Source of the DNA: Dehalococcoidia bacterium
Lineage (GTDB): Bacteria; Chloroflexota; Dehalococcoidia; Lucifugimonadales; CAYTFF01
Reading direction: 5' to 3'
Assembly: GCA_965249025.1 (NCBI GenBank)
Contig: OZ252215.1
Location: forward strand, 1,807,045-1,871,044
DNA: 64,000 nt
Shown here: piece by piece, positions 51,046 to 57,528 of the stretch
Layout: each line of letters opens with the position of its first letter
Position numbering within the stretch: the stretch's first letter is position 1
Notes under the pieces: generated by a model
Database searches by the model: none
Told to the model about the DNA's origin: nothing
The model's input: only the letters and a program-made list of their open reading frames with translations
Position numbers and translations under genes: made by a program

Positions 51046-51780
51046 ATGACTGTGGAAAGCCGCCTGGTAATAGTGTCTAATCGCTTACCATCGCTTAGAC
51101 TTCCTACCAACGAGGCAGAATGCAGAACCGCTCCCGTAGGTGGTCTGGTGACGGCACTTCAGGCTGCTCTCGAAATGACGGATGGTCTTTGGTTTGGGTG
51201 GAGTGGTGAGACAGAAGAGGGTGATTCCAAGAGTGCCCCAAAGTTGTCTAAGGTGGGTCAAATTCAACTGGCTTCCATGGATCTATCCGAGGAAGATGTC
51301 GACCTATTCTATAACGAGTTCTGCAACAGAACCCTCTGGCCCCTGCTTCACAGCTTTCCGTCAAAGACTAATATCCGCCGCGATGCTTTCAGCGCATATC
51401 TTGAAACCAATCGTAAGTACGCCGAAGCCCTCTTCTGTGTGCTTAAGGAAGGGGATCTGATCTGGGTCCATGACTATCATCTCATACCTCTAGGCCATGA
51501 GCTAAGACGCCTGGGTTGGGAAAGAAAGATAGGGCATTTTATACATACTCCGTTCCCGCCGTCGGAGATATTTACGGTCTTGCCTTGGGCCAGCCAACTG
51601 TTGAATATGTTTCTAGGCTACGATCTGGTCGGCCTACACACCCGCCGTTACGTTAATAACTTTCATGACAGCCTATGTTATGAGTTGCCAGGCGATATCA
51701 TAGGGGATATGTTCACCGATGGCAGCCGCTTCCTCAAGGTAAGCACTTGTCCTATCGGCATAAACCCAAAGGCCTTCCAG
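51046..51780 (+). pseudogene. otsA: Trehalose-6-phosphate synthase (GT20), N-terminal half only
   Basis: ..LVIVSNRLP..GGLVTAL..LWFGWSG..LWPLLHSF..IWVHDYHLIPL..FIHTPFPPSEIF..PIGINP.. Similarity ends at about 51780. Confidence 0.75.
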
Positions 51781-52449
51781 CACGTGACAGGCCAGTTCGC
51801 CTACTACGTCTGCGGGACATTGTTCCGGGAGGGAGCGGGGACGTGCAGCGCCCGCTACCTGAACGCCCCCAGGGTGGAGGACTTCATTGTTGAGAAGATA
51901 CGGGAGCGAATCCTCACCGAGGAGACCATCGTGGAGCTGGTGACGCTGGTGGCGGAAGAGATCGACGCAATGGCCGGTGAGCTGTCCGGCAGGCTGGAGG
52001 TCATCGAGGCCGAGCTGGGGGACGTGAGGAAGCGTCTTGAGCGGCTCTACGAGGCCATTGAGACCAGCAAGCTGACCCTAGAGGTCCTGTCGCCCCGCAT
52101 CATGTCTCTGAGGCACCGTGAGGAGCAGCTTGAGGCTGCGCGTGACGACGCCGCAACTCAGTTGGAGCAGCGAAGGGTTGAGCTACCGACCACCGAGGAG
52201 ATCAAGGGGTACGTTGCGGACTTCCGGGACTTCTTGCAGGAGGGGACGATCCCCGAGTGCAAGGCGCTCATCCGCAACTTCGTGGAGGGCATCGAGGTAG
52301 TCGGAGACGAGGCGACCCTGACGTACACCGTCCCCATGCCAAACGACGGCGTAACCAGCGAATCGGCCTCGGTTCTTGATTTCGTCAAGTCCGGCCCACC
52401 AAACTTGACGGTAGACAGTACCATCTTTGAATTGTGCGTGGTCTTGTGA
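51781..52449 (+). pseudogene. Large serine recombinase, C-terminal fragment (zinc-ribbon/coiled-coil part), fused in frame to the otsA fragment
   Basis: ..YYVCGT..GTCSARYLNAPRVEDFIVEKIRERIL.. plus a long coiled coil. The N-terminal resolvase catalytic domain is absent. GC content visibly rises at the junction. Confidence 0.7.
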
Positions 52450-52699
52450 GCTTCTCAGACCCAGCAACTTAGTCGTAGCGACAGGATCGGAGTGAGCAAC
52501 GGCAACCCCCAGATATAAGGCTACGGCACCCTTAGACGGTGGGACTGGATCGGCCCCGTGTCTTCGGGAAAGGAGAAATCAGCTGACTTCTGCGTGAGCG
52601 CTCCAAGAGGTGAAGGTCGTTGTACGTTAGGGTAACGGGCGGGCGGCACTACGTTGGCGATCATCCCGAAATCCATTGTTTCCTCGTACCTCGACCGAG

Positions 52700-53482
52700 C
52701 TATTGGCTTGCCGGCTTTAGCGCCAGAAGGACCTCGACCCGTATTTCGTTTTCCACGCTAGCCACGGAGCGGGCCGTGGGGACAGGGATATCCAGTTGCT
52801 GCCATGTAACGGTGGTACGCCCTACGACATACATGACTTCACCATCATCCCGCGCCTCAACGTCGAATTCTAGCGGATAGGTATTCCCGCGAATATCGAG
52901 CGAGCCGGTGACCCGGCCGCTAACTTCTTCTCCGGAGACCAGGCCATCTGGTATGGACTCAAGGTTAGAAACGGTGAAAATGCCGATAGGGTGCTCGCCG
53001 AACATGCGGGTTCTGACGTACCTGTCTCTAAACTCCTGGTCGCTGGAAAGCTGTTGCAAGTCGATTTCGATTACGGAAGGTCTGCCATCGAGCTGGACCT
53101 CTCCGGAGAGGGCAGTGGTCCTCATGACGGCATCGTTAGGCAAGGGCAGCCTTACCAGCTGCTCTTCCACGGTGAAAGTAGCCTCGGAACCTTCAGAAAC
53201 TACGAAGGGGATCCCCTGATAGTGATCCGCTCCGCTTGGCCTGGTGACTTGTGGGGGCGTGGGTGTTGGTGCAACGGTCTCTTCCTTGGGGACAATCGTC
53301 GGCCCGGGAGCAGTGGAAGCGGCTGGCTGGGTCCCCGCAGGCCGCGATGTGGCCGTGAGAGTAGGTTGGGGAAGCGTCTGGGGGTCTTCCGAGGTTCCGC
53401 AGCCTATTGGCAACAGGAGTGCGGCGGATAGTAGAGAGGCTCCTAGCAGGGCTGGAATACCCCACTTTCTAGCTACCTTCAT
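52700..53482 (-). CDS. YceI-like domain lipoprotein
   Basis: Signal + lipobox ..LLLPIGC; Pro/Thr-rich linker; C-terminal YceI-like beta-barrel pattern (..TFTVEE..SGEVQLDG..FTVSN..). Confidence 0.65.
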   Translation of the reverse strand: MKVARKWGIPALLGASLLSAALLLPIGCGTSEDPQTLPQPTLTATSRPAGTQPAASTAPGPTIVPKEETVAPTPTPPQVTRPSGADHYQGIPFVVSEGSEATFTVEEQLVRLPLPNDAVMRTTALSGEVQLDGRPSVIEIDLQQLSSDQEFRDRYVRTRMFGEHPIGIFTVSNLESIPDGLVSGEEVSGRVTGSLDIRGNTYPLEFDVEARDDGEVMYVVGRTTVTWQQLDIPVPTARSVASVENEIRVEVLLALKPASQ

Positions 53483-53642
53483 GCTTATCGCTCCAGTGAT
53501 GCTGCGTCAGAAAAGAGAAATTCAGGGTTATGGTTGATGCGGCCCTGGGAGGCAATTCCAGCCTACCGCTTTTCTGGTCGCCTTGGCCAGCAAGCCCTAT
53601 ACCAAGACCCACTGCTATGAGGAGGGCTATGAGAGTTAACCG

Positions 53643-54047
53643 CTAAGACCTAGCAAAGGGTGTTGGCAGGAGAAGGACGGTAAAGATGCCTGTCAGTCCT
53701 AACACAAGGGCGGCAAGAGGGACGATATAGGATACGGAGCGCTCCAGGTTGGTTTCGCTAACCAAGGAAGTCAGTAGAACGAGGCAGAAGATTGCAATAA
53801 TTGCGATGGCAAAGGCGAAATGACGCCTGCGAAAATCCCGCAGACTGGACCAGAGGAGAGGGACGCCGATCCCCGTTGCTAAGGAACCCACTGTTACGGA
53901 GGCGCTGTTGAAGAAGGCATCGGTGGGGGCATGCAACGGAAGGTTGATGAGGGAGGCCACGACAGCGGCGATGGAGCTGGCAACGAGGCCGGAGCGCAGC
54001 GCCAGGGTATCCTTTACAATCCACCTGAAAGCGTTTTCGTTGCTCAT
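53643..54047 (-). CDS. Hypothetical membrane protein (134 aa, about 4 TM)
   Basis: ORF with four hydrophobic segments. No family recognised. Confidence 0.5.
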   Translation of the reverse strand: MSNENAFRWIVKDTLALRSGLVASSIAAVVASLINLPLHAPTDAFFNSASVTVGSLATGIGVPLLWSSLRDFRRRHFAFAIAIIAIFCLVLLTSLVSETNLERSVSYIVPLAALVLGLTGIFTVLLLPTPFARS

Positions 54048-54217
54048 CTATGCGCTACCGTTTGGAGGGAGGGCCTGCTCCCTCTTAATAATGGGAGGCC
54101 ACGCTGGAAAATGATTTACCCGCTGTCTATTATATCAGGATCGGTCCCTGGCTGTGTAGACCGTCAGCGAAAATGGGACTGAGATAATCTCACCTGGGCC
54201 TCCCTCGGCTCGGGCCT

Positions 54218-54368
54218 GACCCTAAATGGGACCGGCGCAATGCCCTCAATGTGATCTGTCATGGTTGGTCTCGGCGAAGATTCTGTAGCTGCCGTTGCCA
54301 AGTTGCGATCATTGCTGGCAAGCGACCCGTCCATTCATGGCTCCAATAAGCCGGAGTTGCCGGGTTGA
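54218..54368 (+). pseudogene. 3'-terminal remnant of a paralog of the 952-aa methyltransferase-like gene (frameshifted)
   Basis: Translates DPKWDRRNALNVI / (shift) / VMVGLGEDSVAAVAKLRSLLASDPSIHGSNKPELPG*. Compare ..DPVRIELDERIVRDLLGLGEDAVTSVARLRQLLASDPSIHGSKSPELPI* at 57529-57650 (minus strand). Confidence 0.7.
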
Positions 54369-54489
54369 GAAGTGTAGACGTTAGCGCCATTGCCGACTCC
54401 GGTCGCCAGGGTAAAGCCTACCTAAGCAGGAAACACCTATCGAGCGCCGGACGATAGTGGCGGTGTAGGTTTAACTCGAAAGGGGAACT

Positions 54490-54645
54490 ATGTCAGTTAC
54501 CTTGCTGACCGTCACTGGCTACAAAGGATTCTCTCAAGAGCAAGCTTTGCACCTTGCGCAGCCAACTGGCAAAGCTGGCAGTGGTCTCACTATCTTGGTC
54601 GGTCCTAATAGTTGTGTTTGTCCAACCAGATACTTGATATACTGA
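54490..54645 (+). pseudogene. 5' remnant of an AAA/ABC-type ATPase gene, cut inside the P-loop
   Basis: MSVTLLTVTGYKGFSQEQALHLAQPTGKAGSGLTILVGPN then unrelated sequence in place of (x)GKS/T. AAAGGGGA RBS. Confidence 0.55.
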
Positions 54646-54649
54646 CTGA

Positions 54650-55069
54650 GTGATGTACGTCCTAAGAGCGCGTCGACGGATCGGCGGCATAAGTCTCGTT
54701 CTGGCTATCACACTAGCCGCGCTGCTCCCCTATTGGGGACAGTTCTTAGACCATCATTTTGTGGAGCGGGTGCCCCTCCACCATCATGTCTATCATGGGG
54801 CCGTCCCCTCTGAGCATCTTCACTCTTATGAGATGGGGCACATTCATGGTGAGGCCATAAATGGCTCAGAAGATGGTATCATCTTCCTGCCGCCAGGCAA
54901 AGAGGGTGCTACTGGGTTTAGCGGCCTCGAACTGATACCCGGGTTGCTTACCGTGTCCTTTGTTCTCGTGATTCCCGCTGTTGTAGCGCTGATCCTCTCA
55001 CTATGTCATAAGAGACCCCATGCCTTCAGCCCTCCACCGTTGAGACCACCCCCACGACTGATCTCCTGA
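54650..55069 (+). CDS. His-rich membrane protein (139 aa)
   Basis: N-terminal TM, His-rich segment HHFVERVPLHHHVYHGAVPSEHLHSYEMGHIHGE, second TM, Pro-rich tail. Confidence 0.5.
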   Translation: MMYVLRARRRIGGISLVLAITLAALLPYWGQFLDHHFVERVPLHHHVYHGAVPSEHLHSYEMGHIHGEAINGSEDGIIFLPPGKEGATGFSGLELIPGLLTVSFVLVIPAVVALILSLCHKRPHAFSPPPLRPPPRLIS

Positions 55070-55170
55070 GTCCCTGTCTAGCTGAGAACATCCCACCAGC
55101 TTCCTTTGAAACACTCCAACCTGGAGTCATAATCGTCTCTTAACCCTCGTAACTTGGAGCTTAGGGGAGA

Positions 55171-55752
55171 ATGTCGGCACACTGGCAACATCTTGTAGCT
55201 AGATCCGCACGGTTGGTGGTGCTTTCGTTAAGCGTGATTGTAGCAACGTTGGCTCCACTGACCGAGGTTAGCGCCAACGGCCCCCATATAAGACCGGAAG
55301 AGCTCTTCTCTGGTTCCGTTGGTCCCTACACCATTAAAGTGGAGGTGATTCCCATAGTCGGCCCAGTCCACATGACTGTCGTGGTGTTCGATGCTGTTAG
55401 TCATTTCCCTGTGAGTGACGCCACGATTAAGGTGACCGGCCGGGGGTCGGAGAGCGGCATCCAGGCCGGCCCGGTACTCGGCACCTACATTGCCAGGTCA
55501 CAAACCTATACGATGACGGTCCCCGCAGAGGAACCGGGCGACTGGGTGTTTACGATGGTGGTGACCAGCACTCTCGGTGAAGAGGTGCTGGATATGCCGG
55601 TGGTTCTTGTTCGAGGTGAATCAGGGGTTGGCTGGACCGTCATAGGCACGGCAGTCGTTCTGATCGGCCTGTTGCTTTGGTTCGCTGGGAAGGCGTTGAG
55701 GAAAGGTAAACAGCGCATGTCGCCTAGACCCCAAGGCCGCAAGAAACGGTGA
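55171..55752 (+). CDS. FixH/YtkA-like Ig-fold protein with C-terminal TM anchor
   Basis: Signal peptide; ..GPYTIKVEVIP..VHMTVVVFD..PVSDATIKVTG..GDWVFTMVV.. pattern; C-terminal TM + basic tail. The family call is tentative. Confidence 0.4.
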   Translation: MSAHWQHLVARSARLVVLSLSVIVATLAPLTEVSANGPHIRPEELFSGSVGPYTIKVEVIPIVGPVHMTVVVFDAVSHFPVSDATIKVTGRGSESGIQAGPVLGTYIARSQTYTMTVPAEEPGDWVFTMVVTSTLGEEVLDMPVVLVRGESGVGWTVIGTAVVLIGLLLWFAGKALRKGKQRMSPRPQGRKKR

Positions 55753-55781
55753 TTCTTACTCTAAAGGCAGGAGCATCTGTG

Positions 55782-56018
55782 ATGAAACTGATCAACACGA
55801 GAGTGATTACGACAGCCCTGACAGTGGTGACCGCTCTGGTCGTCGCCGCCTGTGCTGGAGGAGAACTGAAGGAACACAGGTTCGAGTTGCAGGTACAAAA
55901 GCAGTCGTTGACACAAGGGGACTCCGTCCTTCGAGTAAAGAAGGACGACACGGTGACGATAGTGGTCACTTCGGACGAGCCCATCTCCTTCCATCTGCAC
56001 GGCCGCATAGAAGACTAG
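55782..56018 (+). pseudogene. Cupredoxin-like lipoprotein, 3'-truncated right after the HLHG motif
   Basis: Lipobox ..LVVAAC; ..LRVKKDDTVTIVVTSDEPISFHLHG then 4 unrelated codons and a stop. AGGAG RBS before ATG 55782. Confidence 0.5.
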
Positions 56019-56153
56019 GAATGCAGCGACCCATGCGAAGAGCTTGGCGTCCTCCTTGACCGTACCCAGTGTCGTAACAGCAGCTAGGCTTGCTGCGACT
56101 GCTGTAGAGAGTACAGAAGTCAAGGTGAGCATGGCGACGAGCTTGGACTCCAT
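56004..56153 (-). pseudogene. Small membrane-protein gene downstream of the ATP-grasp gene, apparently 3'-truncated at the same junction
   Basis: MESKLVAMLTLTSVLSTAVAASLAAVTTLGTVKEDAKLFAWVAAFLVFYAA.. then reads antisense through the cupredoxin fragment. Weak RBS. Confidence 0.25.
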
Positions 56154-56212
56154 GGACTTATTACGTTCCTCCACCTGGGTTAGACGAGATGGAAGGATAC
56201 TGATTACGTCGG

Positions 56213-57244
56213 CTAGGCTTCCAGCGTGTTTAGCACTGAAGCGATCCTGGTCTTTGGGAGCAGGCTTCGCATGCCCGGCAAGGTGCGGCCATATCCAGTC
56301 CGATATTCGATCATAGAGTCTGAGATGGGCAATCCAAGTTGATCTTCGAGCCAGAGCCACTCGCCGTTTGGATTGATTTCAAAGAACACGTAGGTCCCGT
56401 CCGGCTTGAGTGCGGAGTCTATTGCCCCAAATATGAGTCCTAGGCGAGATACCAGACGTAGGCAGCGATGAGCGAGTGCCGGGGGCAACTCATGCGTCCT
56501 ATGCTCCAAGTCAGGATCGTCGGTCGCCCGCCAATCCACTTTGCTCGACTCTCGGTCCTCGGACATGATTTCGGCAGCGAAGACCTCCTCCCCCACTACC
56601 GTCAAGCGGATGTCCGAGGATTTCTCCACGTTCTCTTGAAAGGTGACTGGAGCGAGCACCAATCCATCAAGGTCTTCAAGATCAGCCGGGGCCAGGGCGC
56701 TGGTGAAGACCGCCTGATTCCCATCGGGACCCGCAATGTAGCCTGAACTCACAGGCTTGGCCACGAGCCGGCGTTCCTCGGCAAATTCCCTTACGGCTGC
56801 TTGGTCATTCGTCACGATTGTGTATGGCAACGTGAAGCCTAGCTGGGCAGCCACCGCAAGTTGATAGGGCTTCCGTTCCGCGCGCCAGATGGCCTGTGGA
56901 GAGCTTAACCAGCATTGCGTTGGCAATGCTGCCAGGGTCCCTTCTAGGAGCGTGCGCGCCTCTCGTTTACAGAACTCCCGAGTGCCCGGGTCCAGGTCGT
57001 CAGGTAGGTTCGGAACGACGTTGCGCCGATACCAGACGGACTTGATCTCCTTATCTGAAATGCTCCGCGTCCCATCAGAGATCGTAAGGCCCTCCTGCGG
57101 ATCGAAGCTCGCACGGACCCCTGACGGAAACTGATCGGTGTCCAGCCTGAAGGAAGGAATGCCACGGCGCTCCAAAGTCGAACCGACGTACCTGGGGGCC
57201 GGGTCATAAGAGGTCGTCACAAGAAGAACAGTACCAGCGGTCAT
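56213..57244 (-). CDS. ATP-grasp ribosomal peptide maturase (MvdC/MvdD-like graspetide ligase)
   Basis: 343 aa from ATG 57244 (MTAGTVLLVTTSYD..); ..KSVWYRR.., ..FFEINPNGEWLWLE.. ATP-grasp C-terminal motifs. The track start 57364 is an out-of-frame shadow of the peptide gene. Confidence 0.75.
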   Translation of the reverse strand: MTAGTVLLVTTSYDPAPRYVGSTLERRGIPSFRLDTDQFPSGVRASFDPQEGLTISDGTRSISDKEIKSVWYRRNVVPNLPDDLDPGTREFCKREARTLLEGTLAALPTQCWLSSPQAIWRAERKPYQLAVAAQLGFTLPYTIVTNDQAAVREFAEERRLVAKPVSSGYIAGPDGNQAVFTSALAPADLEDLDGLVLAPVTFQENVEKSSDIRLTVVGEEVFAAEIMSEDRESSKVDWRATDDPDLEHRTHELPPALAHRCLRLVSRLGLIFGAIDSALKPDGTYVFFEINPNGEWLWLEDQLGLPISDSMIEYRTGYGRTLPGMRSLLPKTRIASVLNTLEA

Positions 57245-57374
57245 CAGTCGTTTCGCGGTTGACCCTGGTTGAGATGGTTCCCTTCTCAGAAGTTGCGTTG
57301 CCCGAGTTGGACTTTGCCTCTTCTTTGGAGGGACGCTTGACGAACCTCGCCAAGAACGGTGCATTTGCAGACAT
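57204..57374 (-). CDS. Graspetide (microviridin-like) precursor peptide, 56 aa, not in the ORF track
   Basis: AAGGAGG sits 6 nt before ATG 57374. My translation: MSANAPFLARFVKRPSKEEAKSNSGNATSEKGTISTRVNRETTDDRWYCSSCDDLL*. PFLARF leader motif. Overlaps the ligase start by 41 nt. Confidence 0.7.
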   Translation of the reverse strand: MSANAPFLARFVKRPSKEEAKSNSGNATSEKGTISTRVNRETTDDRWYCSSCDDLL

Positions 57375-57528
57375 GAATGTCCTCCTTAAGTAAGTGCCGA
57401 CATCTCCCTATTACCATTATCCTATTTCACTTTTTAGTGCGGCTGCTCAGCTAAACCGCACTAGTGCACTGGCAGTCGTCCATCAACAGCAACCAATACC
57501 ACCCGCACTTCCAAGACCGGATACTTCC

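Noticed and set aside
52518-52676. 52-codon minus-strand ORF, 23 nt downstream of the YceI-like gene, with a GAGGAA RBS.
   Set aside because: There is no recognisable motif and no partner enzyme. The composition is unremarkable and the support is insufficient.
55761-56360. 199-aa minus-strand ORF spanning the end of the ATP-grasp gene and the cupredoxin fragment.
   Set aside because: It is a composite. The first part overlaps the ATP-grasp 3' end, and the last part is antisense to the cupredoxin-like gene. Only 56153 to about 56004 looks like a real (truncated) TM gene, and even that is weak.
57245-57364. N-terminal 40-residue extension of the ATP-grasp ORF given in the track (start 57364).
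   Set aside because: It overlaps the RBS-supported precursor-peptide ORF in another frame. The extension (MHRSWRGSSSVPPKKRQSPTRATQ..) is low-complexity. The ATP-grasp homology begins at MTAGTVLLVTTS (ATG 57244).
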